A stretch of DNA of 64,000 nucleotides from Octopus vulgaris (lineage: Eukaryota), in assembly GCA_951406725.2 (NCBI GenBank), contig OX597820.1, positions 121,458,001 through 121,522,000 of the forward strand, read 5' to 3'. Made by a program: the position numbers and the translations under genes. Shown one piece after another: positions 32,704-46,577 of the stretch (the stretch's first letter is position 1; each line of letters opens with the position of its first letter). Under the pieces are notes generated by a model. It saw only the letters and a program-made list of their open reading frames with translations. It did not search any database and was not told where the DNA came from.

Positions 32704-33541
32704 CATATATCTATATATACATATATCTATATATATCTATATATATGTGTGTATATATAGTAGATGGGGTGGGGGTTAGCCACACCTTTATTTCTTTCAT
32801 AAAATTTGGCTTTTTTGCTTTGTTTTTTTTCTTTGTTGTTTCCCCTTTGCTGTCTTTGACTGTTCCTTTTATTAAATGGAATCTCTTGCTTTCTGATTTG
32901 CGTTCATTGTTTTTTGTTTTGGTTTGTTTTGTTTTTTCGTAAATCTTTTTTAAAATAATCTTTTTACATTCTTGTACATTCTCCGAAATTCTTTAACATT
33001 CTTCCACATTTTTCCATATGTCTCCATTGAAAATTTCTTTCAATAGTTTTTCTTTGAAAAAGTTTTCCTGTCTTTGCTTCTTCCTCTTCACTTCAAGAAT
33101 ACTATTTCCTTTTTTTTTGTTTTAACTTTTATTTTTATCTGATTCTACAATATAATATTTCTACCAATATTAATTTTAAAAAAAAACTTTTTCATACTTT
33201 TCTGGTTTTTATTGATTTTCTTTATATTCTTATCTTATTCTTTGTATTAGGATTTTTTTTCATTAACTATAAATGTATCTTCTATCTAATGGAAAGTAAA
33301 AAAGAGAAATTTTAAATTTTTATACTAATTTTATCTACTAACTTTAGCGTAATTTTATAATCAATGTTTTTAGTAAAACTTCATTTTTCCAATAATTAAA
33401 TAGTTTTTGTTTTAAATATTTTTTATTACGTTTAAATATGTCTACTCACTTCCAATATTCTGCTTGTGCTCAGTGTTTATCACGCGAAATATATTTTGTC
33501 AAATTCAGAATTGTTTCCACCAAAATAACACACACACACAT

Positions 33542-33576
<35 letters not shown>

Positions 33577-34294
33577 CAATCAGACACACGAACGTACATA
33601 CATCTCTACACATATGTAGTACTCATCACCCCCAAGACCTTACTTATATCAGAGCCAACATTAGCATCAAATAAGACAACCAATTACAACACAGCAAAGC
33701 TGAATAGGGGTCAAAGAGTGGAGCCTATACGTAAACACTAATACTGTAATAAAAATAGCAGTTAATTCACTCTCAAAACATAGACTTTGGTTTTAGTAAA
33801 AAAAGAAATAAGAAAAAATAAAGTTGATCAATTCTACTTGTAAATAAAACGGAAGTGAAATGATGGTCACTGATGGAACGGATCCATTGGATCATGTGTC
33901 ACCGGAAATTAAGCAACAAAATAGCTAATAAGGGACACATTTAGTAAGGAGTCAGCTTCCTGTTGACTTGCTAGAAATAGAAACCAAATCATCCTGAAAC
34001 ACTGCACTATTATCTCTGAGATAATGTTCCACAAGGAATATCATGTCCTACAAAAGAATGGTTGGAACCTGTTTGTGTAAAAAAACCCAAATCGGGACCA
34101 AACAGCAATAACAACAACAACAACAACAACAGTCTCATTTACTATCAAAACAATAATCTCCATAAACAGATGCTGAATTAAAAACATCCTGGTGCCAATC
34201 AAACAGAACTGGTAAATAAACAATTTAACATGGTTCTTTTCAGCAACCTTGACATCGTTGTTACAAGGTAGCACCCTACTACGGATGTACACAA

Positions 34295-34325
<31 letters not shown>

Positions 34326-34349
34326 TACACACACACACACACATACACG

Positions 34350-34393
<44 letters not shown>

Positions 34394-34523
34394 CAGACAC
34401 ACACATACTTACAAACACAAACATACACATGCACACACATGCACACTCACACATGTTTGATCAAAACATGGTAGCGATTATTTGTTTTCCAATTGGGCTT
34501 AATTCAGTTCGAATTACGAATTA

Positions 34524-34569
<46 letters not shown>

Positions 34570-34940
34570 CTCTCCTCGCCTCTCTCTCTCTCTCTCTCTT
34601 ATTAATTGCTTCTTTAGTCTTTCATTTCGTCCTTTTACACATCTCCATCGTCACCATCCCGATTATCATCCCTCTCATCTCCGATTCTCAATATTAGCAC
34701 CTTCACCACAATAACAACAACTACAACACCAACATCACCGTCAGCCCTACCAACAGCAGTTCTCATAAATATTCACCTACACACACACACACACATACAC
34801 ACACTCACCATATATATAACTTCTTTCTTTCTTTTATCATTCCCCCCCCCCACTTTTTTTTTTGCTATTTGAGAAACGAGGAAAAACAGCAATTAATTAG
34901 CAAAACTTCAATCTTGCTCCTAAATTTACATATGTGGGCA

Positions 34941-34977
<37 letters not shown>

Positions 34978-35286
34978 ATTTATAGTTGAAGTTTTGTCTC
35001 GAGTCTCAAGACGGTTGGAGGTGTCCCGCGTTTCGGAGGGGTATAAGCTACTAATAGTGCAAACCAGACAGGATGCCAACTGTTTCGTAATGTCCACTCT
35101 AGCTACCACTTTGACTCGACTTGACCATTCTAGAATGAAGTGTCTTCCTCGAGGACACAACAACCACCCTGTGATCGAACTAAGAATCTTACCATTGTCA
35201 GCTTAATACTCTAACTATTTCACAAATACACACACCGTTATATGATACGGGCACACATGTACGTAAACTCATACTTACATATTACG

Positions 35287-35640
35287 TTTTCTCTCTTTTA
35301 CTTGTTTCAGTCATTTGACTGCGGCCATGCTGGAGCACCGCCTTCAGTCGAGCAAATCGACCTCGGGGACTTATTCTTTGTAAGCCTTATTCTGTCGGTC
35401 TCTTTTTGCCGAACCGCTAAGTTACGGTGACGTAAACACACCAGCATCGGTTGTCAAGCAATGCTAGGGGGACAAACACAGACACACAAACACACACACG
35501 CATACATATATGTATATACATATATACGACAGGCTTCTTTCAGTTTCCGTTTACCAAATCCACTCACAAGGCAGTGGGACTGAACCCGGAACCATGTGGT
35601 TGGTTAGCAAGCTACTTACCACACGGCCACTCCTACGCCT
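35287..35640 (-). mobile_element. SINE family A with internal deletion
   Basis: Jumps from CACTCACAAGG directly to CAGTGGGACTG. Confidence 0.9.
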
Positions 35641-35699
35641 ATGTATACATATACATACAAACATTTATATATTTACAAGCATTTATATAATATATAAAT

Positions 35700-35744
<45 letters not shown>

Positions 35745-35874
35745 TACAGAATCTATAAACGCATGGATTCCTCAGTTTTACCTCTCTCTTCTCTCATACC
35801 TGCAGACTTTTCATCGCAAAACAATACGAGATACAAACTGATTCCACGTGGGAATGTAATATAATAGGATATAT

Positions 35875-35914
<40 letters not shown>

Positions 35915-38524
35915 CATACAGTTTTCTGTGCTTTTCAACTGTTCTTCAGTTTACAATCGTTGTTTTCGAAATATATTGTAATGCAAGATCGAAGTTGTGC
36001 GTAAAAATCAATACAATATTCAATATCCGCTGATGCGACACACCACATGGTTCTGCCGTAAACTTCAACACACGCTCGCACGCACACACACACACACACA
36101 CACATGCGCGCACTCACTCGCGCACAGACACACACCTTTGTCTACATCCACCTGCCTATAATATTGATTACGATGAGCTGCCTACTGCAACAGAGCTCTG
36201 CTAAAGGAATACGTTACTTTGTAACCTAACCTGCTAAAAATAGCAGCCAAATATTCTTCAAATCACACCTTATTTTATTAAAAAGGAAAAAAAACTTTCG
36301 AGAATGTAGACTAATACCGAAAGATTATTTTTTTTTTCTTTTTGTATTAAGACTACATTTTTTTATATAAAGAAGATTGACCTTAGAAGTTAATAAAAGT
36401 TATTAACCTGCAGGAGAATTACTATTATTTTGTATTAAGGCCTTCAAATGTTCATACAGTTTAGGGAGAGCGAGAAAAACTATTTAATCAAATGGCAGTT
36501 ATATGACTTCTATTAATCTTGGGAGTATTGATTTGCGGAGAGAATACCAGGAACCTATAAATATAACTTACAATCGAAAGGGACACAATGAACACCGGAA
36601 GTAATTTTGTAGAATTTCTATAATGCTTTCTTTTATCTGCCACAATAGCACACACACGTAGACAGGTAAATACACCCCCCCCACACACACACGGAGACAG
36701 ATAAATACACCCCCACACACACACAAATGCACACACATGCACACACTTTCTCTAAAATACATACACATATAACCAAAGTAACAAACATAAAAACATCAAA
36801 ATTTTAATAACAATTAAAATAATACTGATATCTATTTGAAATCTATTTTGGAGGCAGTGTTATGTTTGATTCTTTCGCTTAAAGAACTTGAAAGTACTTG
36901 ATCGACCCCACGAATCGATGAAAAATAAAGTTGAACCAGACAGTATTTGAACTCTTTACGTAAAGTTTACAGTTCGCAGGGCCATAAAGCATTTTCTACG
37001 ATGCGCTACCAATACTATCTACACACACACACACAGGCACAATGACAAACCGAAACATGTGTGAATTTCAGGTTTTCAAGTGGGAAAACTATTTTTGATA
37101 ATCTTTAACGGAGAAAAGGTAACAGCAAGTTGGCCGACAATGGAAGAACGAGGAGATATCGTTGGTTCAACAGTGAAGAGCTCCTTTAGAAAGGAAATGT
37201 GTTACCAAAGAAAAATACCCTTATGAAGACAAATAAATGAGCCAACGAGAGCCTTTCTATTTAACTGGTCCATTTGATAGATGTTCCATCTAAAATTCCC
37301 TCAAGAAAGGGCGGCAGAAGCGTTTTATGACAGTGAAAGACGCAGTTCTAAATACACTGTTTTTTTTTTAATAAAGACACGCGCGATAGTCCCATATTGA
37401 ACTCATTAGGCGCTAGGTCTGTTCAATAAGGATATTTGACCTGTGGCTATATACAAACAACAACAACGACAGCAATGTGAAAGGAAGATTTTAAAAAGAG
37501 ATGCCCCCCACCACCTCAAAAGTGAAGGATATCGAAGGTAAGTCGATCGATTTGTAATTTTGATTTGAAATCTATCTTATTGAAAAAAATTAAATTGAAT
37601 TTTCAATTCAACGTTCTGATAAAATTATTGCTTCTTTTTAAGTTGGTGTTGATAATTATTTTACTACTATTTAGGGAGGAAAACAAAATAATTTTAAGTT
37701 CATTTACACAGCAAAACGTAGGCGCACACACAGACACACACACACATATGCACAAGACATCTTAAAAAAGAATGGAGAATTGAACATCTGAAAAAAGTTT
37801 TGAAAATGTTTGATTCTGCATTCTTCTTTATAACGTGTTGGTTCCATAATCTGTCTGCTGTATAAAATGCATTGACGCGAACTCAGGATTTGCCTGTCAA
37901 CTAAAATTCTACGTAATTGCTTATCTTAAGCAATTCTGTATGTTCCCTATTGTTCGGTATGGTTAGCCTGATCTGGATTATATCAGAGTGCTAATAAGGT
38001 ACCTGCCCAGATTCAAAATTCCTCTTCCTTTACACACACACACACAAATATGATGGCAATCAGTATGAGGATGAGAATTGCACATTAATGAGACAGAAAA
38101 GGGAGATGAAATCTTAGCTCAGCTGATGGCTAACAGCTTCTTTTACCAAAACTGTTACAACTATGTCTCCTCTCAGTTAAACGAAATACAAATCCTGTTC
38201 GTAGAAATGAGTCTTATGAGTCGACCAATCGAATAGTGACAGTCATTTCATGATTTCGAGTAGCGATGTTCTGTGATTAGATTTGGTTCCGTTGAGGTCA
38301 GCTTCAGAATAACATTCCTTTGCAAGTTAAAAACATGACGGGTTACCACAACTTGCATTTCGACTCCATGATGTTTATTGAATGCAATTGTCTTGAAAAT
38401 GCTTTGAAGCATTGACTATGTTTTCTTCTCTAAAATGTCCATTCAATTGTATTTGCCGGCAAAAATCTACATAAGTGGTTCTTCTCAACTGGGGTCCAAA
38501 CATTTGGTAAATCACAGAAGATAT

Positions 38525-38934
38525 TTTACTCTTTTACTTGTTTCAGTCATTTGACTATGGCCATGCTGGAGCACCGCCTTTAGTCGAGCAAATCGACCTC
38601 GGGACTTATTCTTTGTAAGCCTAGTACTTATTCTATCGGTCTCTTTTTGCCGAACCGCTAAGTTACGGGGACGTAAACACACCAGCAATAGTTGTCAAGC
38701 AATGTTGGGGGAACAAACACAGACGCACAAACGTATACACACACACATACATATATATGTATACATATATACGACGGGCTTCTTTCAGTTTCCGTCTACC
38801 AATCCACTCACAAGGCTTTGGTCGGCCCGAGGCTATAGTAGAAGACACTTGCCCAAGGTGCCACTAAGTAGGACTGAACCCAGAACCATGTGGTTAGTAA
38901 GCATGCTACTTACCACAGAACCACTCCTACACCT
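38525..38934 (-). mobile_element. SINE family A, full length, possibly nested in an old hAT-like MITE (~38474-39103)
   Basis: Colinear with A copies; flanks show AGTGGTTCTTCTCAACTGGGGTCC and GAGGACCACTG. Confidence 0.85.
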
Positions 38935-39255
38935 ACGAGCAATAAATGGGTTATATTTCTACAACACAATATTTTGACAATTAGTTTTAAACAATACGTA
39001 ATTATAATCGAATTATAAAATACGATAGGATGTTTCTAAACATCGAAATGTTTTGAGGATTCCGTCGAATAAAAGAGGAACCAAAAACGGATGAGGACCA
39101 CTGGTCCGCATCAGTGACTCATTTCTCAGGTGAGATTTAATCTATTTGTATTATCTTACCTTTGACTTTTTAGAGACGTCTCTTCCCTAGAACAAGATAT
39201 ATGTGAGTTAGGGAGTGCGCGCGTGCGTATTTAATTGCAGTTTGACTATGCAGTC

Positions 39256-39305
39256 CATGACTTAAAGTTTCGTGGGTGCGTAGAACACGTCCATCTCATC
39301 AGATG
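39256..39305 (-). ncRNA. Type I hammerhead ribozyme motif, minus strand
   Basis: Minus strand: CAT-CTGATGA-GATGGACGTGTTCTACGCACCCAC-GAAA-CTTTAA-GTC-ATG. Intact core, palindromic stem III, stem I only 3 bp. Confidence 0.6.
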
Positions 39306-39337
39306 CTAGGAACATCTGCTGTCGGATCAGATGCGCC

Positions 39338-39393
39338 CCGTATCTGATGAGGTGAACGTGTTCTGCGCAGCCACGAAACTTTAAGTCATGTGG
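39338..39393 (+). ncRNA. Type I hammerhead ribozyme motif, plus strand
   Basis: CCGTAT-CTGATGA(39344-50)-GGTGAACGTGTTCTGCGCAGCCAC-GAAA(39375-78)-CTTTAA-GTC(39385-87)-ATGTGG. Six-bp stem I with two G.U pairs; stem III ACTT-T-AAGT. Confidence 0.72.
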
Positions 39394-39499
39394 AAAATAG
39401 TCAGACTATTATAAAAGTATATGTAACTCTTACCAGATGTTTTGGGTACTCATTATCATCAAGTTCTCTAAATTGCTGAAGCCGGTCATTAAGGTGTCA

Positions 39500-40030
39500 T
39501 TCTAGACGCTTTTATAGTCAGTCATTGCTCTGGTCTCTGTTTTCAGTCATGCGCAACAGGGGTGAGGTATTCTGACCTGCCCGATCCTCGATATTGTCAG
39601 GACAGGATTTTCTTTGTCTGCATTTATTTCGCCCTCATTCCACTGTGTCCGGAAACATGGTTGTGGATGGGTGAGTTGTGGCGAGGTATGTGAGCATGCC
39701 GGGCAAGCTTTCGACATTTTACCTGCGGAAGGAACGGTTCCTCTCAGCCAGAGTATTTACTGACTTTGTGCTTCACAAACCTGTTCGTTTTGTGCTCCGT
39801 GTACGTGATGCGTAACAGCCTTCTGAGGCACTTCAGCTCCAGTTCTTCCTTCAATATCAACTATAAGAGTTTTCAGACCCATACAACTGGATCGAAGTCA
39901 TCAGAGACTTTTAAACTTTGAGTCTCACTGAAAAACTAATAGAGCTGCTTTTCCATATGGTGTTCAGCTTCATCAGTGCAGCAGGGACCAAAATGAGTTT
40001 TTGAGATAACTTCTTACGAGATTTGTGTCC
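39500..40030 (-). mobile_element. RTE-clade LINE 3' relic
   Basis: Minus-strand translation ELKCLRRLLRITYTEHKTNRFVK and TVE*GRNKCRQRKSCPDNIED, typical of the RTE post-RT region. Confidence 0.7.
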
Positions 40031-40066
40031 TTGGTCATAGTGCCACGTTAGATTTATATATATAGC

Positions 40067-40101
<35 letters not shown>

Positions 40102-40197
40102 GGAGAGTAAGTAAATAAGTAAATGAGTGGAAATTGTACCGGAGAGTGTGTTAAATTATAAGGCACTGAAAGAGAATGACTCTTCCCAGACACAACA

Positions 40198-40234
<37 letters not shown>

Positions 40235-40263
40235 GAGAGAGAGAGAGAGAGAGAGAAATAAAG

Positions 40264-40332
<69 letters not shown>

Positions 40333-40672
40333 CGAAAAATATTCACCAGATAAACATATACGTACAAGGATATAGAGAGACACAAATATATTCTTATATG
40401 GAGCATAAAAACACAGAATACTAATGAAAGAATGCATAGCTTTTAAGTTCGACAACTCGTTGTGGAAACCCGGAATTACGTTATAATGGTAATGTCTATA
40501 ATAAACAGATGGCATATGCGCAAACTCAGTAAATAAATATTACCTTTGCTAATTATGAACATTACTATTATTACGTAAGTCTGAGTTTCCAGAAACAGCT
40601 GGCGGATTAGAAAGCTATGCATACTCTCCTGGGCATTATGCATTTTTAAATACTCTGTGTAAATTTATTTGT

Positions 40673-40708
<36 letters not shown>

Positions 40709-41054
40709 ACAAATATATATGAAAATTATGTATTAATGGAAAACGTCTATAAATGGCTGATGATTGCTCAACATTTTAAAACTGTTGTAATACTTACAAT
40801 ATTTAATAAAATGATGTAGCGTTAAACGATCGTATCAAATTACCGGAGATATTCTTGCTGCTTATTTTGATTATAATCACCCCAGGGATTTATATGGATA
40901 ACACCATACAAAATCCTGGTGCATCTAACTTAAGAACCATATTCATTTGAATCTAAACTTTGCTGAACTTATATATATATATATATGAATATGCATATCC
41001 ATGTACATATGTATTTAATTTCTGAATATTTGTGGTTATATGTATGTATGTATG

Positions 41055-41090
<36 letters not shown>

Positions 41091-41240
41091 TTTCTTTCTC
41101 TGTTGTATATAGATATAATGGATACATCGAAACCGGTTATACTATAAATAATACTCTGTAACAAAAGAAAAAAATCCAACATTTTCTAAAATACAGTTCT
41201 ATGCCTTTTCCAATTTTTTTTTTCTTGATCATCATATATA

Positions 41241-41278
41241 CTAGCAGAAAAACCGCCCTCTGCGCGGTTTTCTGCTAG
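41241..41278. mobile_element. Helitron-like terminus (CTAG-bounded hairpin)
   Basis: A|CTAGCAGAAAAACCGCCCTCTGCGCGGTTTTCTGCTAG: GC-rich hairpin next to CTAG in an AT context. Confidence 0.45.
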
Positions 41279-42721
41279 CCCCTTGATAATATTTTCCCAT
41301 TTGATACCCATTTCTAATAATTTTATGATATTCTACGTTTAATTATTTCTTCACATAATAGTGCTGACTTGCTTAGTAAATATTGCTTTGATTATTTTAT
41401 CACAGTCACAATTTCTCTTTTTTAATCAAACATCACGGTAGTCCAAAAACAGAGGGAGTTTGTCAAGTGTTACCGTCTCCTCAAATCAAGATAGATATTT
41501 GAAATCAGCAGCTCATCTGTAAGATTTGCAGTGTATGTGTGTGTGTGTGTGTGTGAGACAGAGAGAGACAGACAGATAGACAGACAGACAGACAGAGAGA
41601 AAGTGTGGGGAGGGAACATTGCAAACAATGATTGAAATAAACATGAAATGAAAAAATCGTATAAGTAAAAAGGCATTACTAAAGATGTATATCCCACTGA
41701 CTTTGTTGCCTCATTACATCCAGAAAAATGGATACTTTTTAACAAAAGTCTTCTGCTAATACCGCTCAGATGTTGTGGTTTCAGAGTATTTAGGGATTTA
41801 TGGGAAAGGATTTTTTCTGAGGGGGTGGAGAAAAGAGTTTCAGAAAATTCACATGATCTGACTTTTTCCCCTCATTACTTTCAGGAAGATGGGTATCTTT
41901 TAATGAAAATTTATACAAATCCTTTTCAAACGGCATAGATTACGATTATAAAGAAATTTATGGGAAAATTTTTTTCACGAATTTTCCCCATTTTTTAAAC
42001 GACAGAGTTGGAAATGATTGGGCTCGGTGGGGGTCATCTTTGTATGAAAAATGTTTCGAAGACTCTTCTTTTTTAAATACCCCGCTCCCTTATCATCCCA
42101 CTCTGAACCCATTCGGGCCAATTTTTTTTGCACTTCAAAACCATGAGAAGAGCATTTTCGGTAAGTTTTTTTTTAAATTGTTAATATTTTCAGAGGGATT
42201 AGGCTGTTGTTTCTAGCACATCAAAAGACAACCCTCTTCGTTTCTTTAGCACTCTCCCATGTATTGATGTCTTTCAATATTTCTTCCCCATAAATATATT
42301 TATATACTATAAAAGAGAAAATTTGATAATTTATCTTAGTCTCTCACGAAAATAATTTGGACAGAATATTTGTGCCAGATATCAACGCATTGTATGTAAC
42401 ATTCTCAAAGTTGCTAAATTTCCAATAGTTTCTCAATTCTCTTCATTCCGTTGGTTCCGTTCTCCCTGAAACTGTAAGAGACTCTTTCATTTTGCCACGA
42501 AATTTAGATGCGTCAAATCTTTGTCAAGCTACAATAGAAGCTGTCAAAACTATTGTATTTCATGCGATCAAAGTCACCATTGTGTGCCACTACCTGAGCC
42601 AGGTGAGAAGACGTCTTCATCTCACACTTTGCAGAGATGCCATTTCGGTTCAATAAACCCTTACAAGAATTCTGTGACAAACAGTAAATTTCAAGGACGC
42701 TCTATGAAGGTCGTTCTTGGT

Positions 42722-42968
42722 CAGAGGTTCTCAACCATATTTGGCCCTTTGGACTCCTTTAACTCCTACTGTACTCTTGCTGGCCTCCATAGCCATATAA
42801 AAAGTTACTCTATATTTTTACAATCAAATATTATTATGAATTGTATAAAAATATCTTAAAATATCTTGTGTGTTATAGAAATATAACCAGTTTATTGCAG
42901 ATAAATTTTAACAACAAAATCTTGTGTGGACCCCCAAGGGCCATATAGACCCCAATTCAGGACCACTG
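42722..42968. mobile_element. Old hAT-like MITE
   Basis: Imperfect TIRs CAGAGGTTCTCAA / TTCAGGACCACTG; subterminal GGACCCC motifs; degenerate 8-bp flanks TTCTTGGT/TTCTATTT. Confidence 0.55.
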
Positions 42969-43131
42969 TTCTATTTTAAATTGGTTTTTCTCTTATGATT
43001 AACTCTGTTATTTGCACAGGCGTTGGGTCAAGAAGCTCTCTACGCACACTACGATGAGACACTTTGGCCCAGCATTTGTGGCGTAACTCATTCGACGCTC
43101 ACTTATTTGATTATTTAATGTTTCCCTCTCT

Positions 43132-43173
<42 letters not shown>

Positions 43174-43266
43174 CTCTCTGCCACTCTGTCTCTGTCTGTT
43201 TGTCTGTTTGTCTCTATGTGTGTGAGCTCCTGGTAATGCTTGTATGTATGTGCCAACTTTTCCTTC

Positions 43267-43297
<31 letters not shown>

Positions 43298-43796
43298 CTC
43301 CACTGTATATGTACGTGTCACACATACGTGTGTGTGTTTGTTTGTTTGTGTTTTCCTCCAGTATCGAAAGGCACTTGTGGTCAAAACATACTGAATGGCT
43401 AATCAACCGCGCATCAAAGTCGTCAGCGTTAACCAGACGCACCCGACCGTCTCATTCCGAGAAAAATACCGTCAACCTAAGAACTTTTAGAGAACGCAAT
43501 ACATTTATGTCAGAATTGCTTCTATCCCATGCTGCATGTCAATTTAGAATTTCAAAACAATACACGAAATTAAACACAATATAGTATTTTTTTAAATCAC
43601 TAAATTAAAATTATCAATAAACACAATCTCGGGTGAAATATCTAAAAGATTGATGGAGGTTTCTGATATGAGAAAGGTGAAACGCTTTCAGAAAGGAAGT
43701 GCAAAGTGATGAGTTGATCGCAGAAGGAGGACAAGGCGTTGATACAATCATCTTTATATATTGACCGTATAGCTCTGCTGGGTTGTTAAGATTTGT

Positions 43797-44158
43797 GGAG
43801 GCGCAATGGCTTAGTGGTTAGGGCAGCGGACTCGCGGTCATAGGATCGCGGTTTCGATTCCCAGACTGGGCGTTGTGAGTGTTTATTGAGCGAAAACACC
43901 TAAAAAGCTCCACGAGGCTCCGGCTGTACTGTTTCACCACAACTTTCTCTCACTCTTACTTCCTGTTTCTGTTGTACCTGTATTTCAAAGGGCCGGCCTT
44001 GTCACTCTCTGTGTCACGCTGAATATCCCCGAGAACTACGTTAAGGGTACACGTGTCTGTGGAGTGTTCAGCCACTTACACGTTAATTTCACGAGCAGGC
44101 TGTTCCGTTGGTCGGATCAACCGGAACCCTCATCGTCGTAACCGACGGAGTGCTTCCA
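43797..44158 (+). mobile_element. tRNA-derived SINE, family C, full length
   Basis: GGAGGCGCAATGGCTTAGTGGTTAGGGCAGCGGACTCGCGGTC..GGTTTCGATTCCC (A and B boxes); tail shared with 15715 and 19538. Confidence 0.88.
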
Positions 44159-45279
44159 AAATGTGTGTCTGTGTATGTATGTTAGTATGTATTTGTGTGT
44201 TTATATTAAGAGGGATTTGTGAAGACGTGTATCAATAGGAGTGGGAGCTGGAAATGTTAAATAGAGACAAAGTTTGTCATAACACTTCTTATGAACCAAT
44301 AACCTGTTGTAGCAGCTTTTAGTTTTCCTGCAACTCCGTTCTTGACCCGTTTGTGTTTCACCGCCACGGACCTCGGACCTTCGATGCTTTCTTTCTTTTT
44401 GTCCATACATTACTTTCGGTTTCATTTTCTAATAAATTTGCTGAAGATCGCTTGAGAATTTACGACATTGTCTGAAAACAAACAAAGAAACATCAACGTT
44501 TATAGACTTAGGAAATGTATTATGAGGGAAATAAATTAATAATGCTGATAACAATGAATATTTGATAAATACAAAGAATAAAAAAATGAAACCGATGAAA
44601 ATTGCGAATGTCTGATTTAGTAAAAATTGTTGGCCAAATTTCAACAACTGGAAATAATAAAAGGTAAAAGATATTAAATTTTGAAGCTTTTTGGCGATTT
44701 TCGATTTTCTTAGTTTTTAGAACAAAATAGTTTGAACATTTTAATGATTTTTATGCAGTAACTAGTAAAGAATTAAGTATTAAAAATGCGTATTAGATTA
44801 GAAATGAGAATGAGGGGGGAGAAAGAGAGAGAGAGAAAAGAAAAGAGCGTGGAAGAGAGAATAAGGAAGGAGAGTATTAACCGTCTGTATTAAATAGGGA
44901 GGCTTTGGGAAGGTCAGTTACAGGATAATTGGTTTGTAGGGACACATTGATGTGCGTAGGGTATCAGGATTCTCTTGTTGATTTTGACTGATGAGGGCCC
45001 ATAATCCTTAATTATTAGATTTAGTCGCATAGATGAGGTGTCTTCAGTGGTGAAGGTTTGTGTAGTAACAGCAATATATTTATTGAAAACGCTGATGGCA
45101 TAAAACTTATGCAAATATTTTCCCGAAACTTAATAAACAACATACCTTAAATCTTTTCAATGAGGTTTTCACTATCTCTCGGCTAAGTAGATTTGTCACG
45201 CGTTAGAGTCAACCCACATTGCCATGTTAAATCCGTACCTTTCTCTGCATGCAAGCACACACACACATACACACAGAGG

Positions 45280-45374
<95 letters not shown>

Positions 45375-45427
45375 GTAGATAGATAGATAGATAGGTAGGT
45401 AGATAGATAGGTAGGTAGATAGATAGA

Positions 45428-45587
45428 AACGACGGACTTCTTTCAGTTTCCGTCCACCAAACCCATTCACAAGGCCTTGCCCGGAGCGAGGTTACAGCAT
45501 AAGACACTTGTGCAAGGTGACATACAGTGGGAGTGAACTCAGAGCCATGGGTCTACGAAGCAGACTGCTTACCACGCAGCCACCACG
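45428..45587 (-). mobile_element. Diverged 5' half of SINE family A abutting (GATA)n at 45279-45426
   Basis: ACGACGGACTTCTTTCAGTTTCCGTCCACCAAA...CTTACCACGCAGCCAC. Confidence 0.8.
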
Positions 45588-46546
45588 TTCAGTCTCCATG
45601 TATCGCCCAAAGCAATATCAAGTGTACATTATATTTAAACCTGTATTAAAACTTGGCCACATTTTGTCTCGTTCGTTGCTGGTTTCCCATGCTTCAATTA
45701 TTCGTTTGCTGTAATCCTGTAAACTCAAGGATTTCATGTCGACATGGCGTTTTTGCCTCTCCGGGATTTGATTTTGTTTGTCTTCAAACTCGACCATTCA
45801 CATCAACCTTTTGTTCCTAAAAAAGGCTTATGATGCGTGATTCTGCTGTCAACCAATGACCGATTTCAGCTTTTAATTCTTGGTTTATTGTCACTTTTGA
45901 CCAGTCACGATCTGTTTTAACGTTTGGCGATAATGTGAAAATTAAAATCTGAAATATACTTTTACTGATCAAATGCAAAAATGGTGAAAAATGCGTCTCT
46001 TAAACGGAAGGAGTTCTCATTCTGGGAATGCGTTCACGTTATTTGTTGTTTTCTTCCTTTTGTATTTGTCTACATTCACAGTAATACACAAAGAACGTTC
46101 ATCACGTAATTCACCATTTATGATACACCAAGGAACTTTAATACTGAACTCTGAAATTTCTCTAAAGCCACAAAATCATTTTCCAATTATTTATCGAAGA
46201 ATTTTCCGCATTTCACTGTTATTTGAATAAATTTCTCTGACAAAATGTTTTAAAGAAATTTCTGAATGCAAGAAGCGGATTTTGCTAATCTTTTCCAGAA
46301 TTCCAATTTAATAAAACATCTTATTTCTATTGAAAAGAATTTTCCGATTCATATCTGTATTCGAATAATTTTTCGACTCTTGTATCACCTTTTTTCTCAA
46401 ACGTGTTAAATGCTTCGAAATGCTCAAAAAATATGTTTTCAAATTCCGTGACTTATTAGCTTTCGCCTGCATTATTTAGTTGGACAAAGATTACGGCTAA
46501 ATATATTTGATACAGTTCGTCATACATACATACATACATACATACA

Positions 46547-46577
<31 letters not shown>

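Noticed and set aside
43797-43875. tRNA gene-like sequence (also 56581-56655 and SINE-A heads)
   Set aside because: A/B boxes are present, but there is no proper acceptor stem and each continues into a SINE body and tail.
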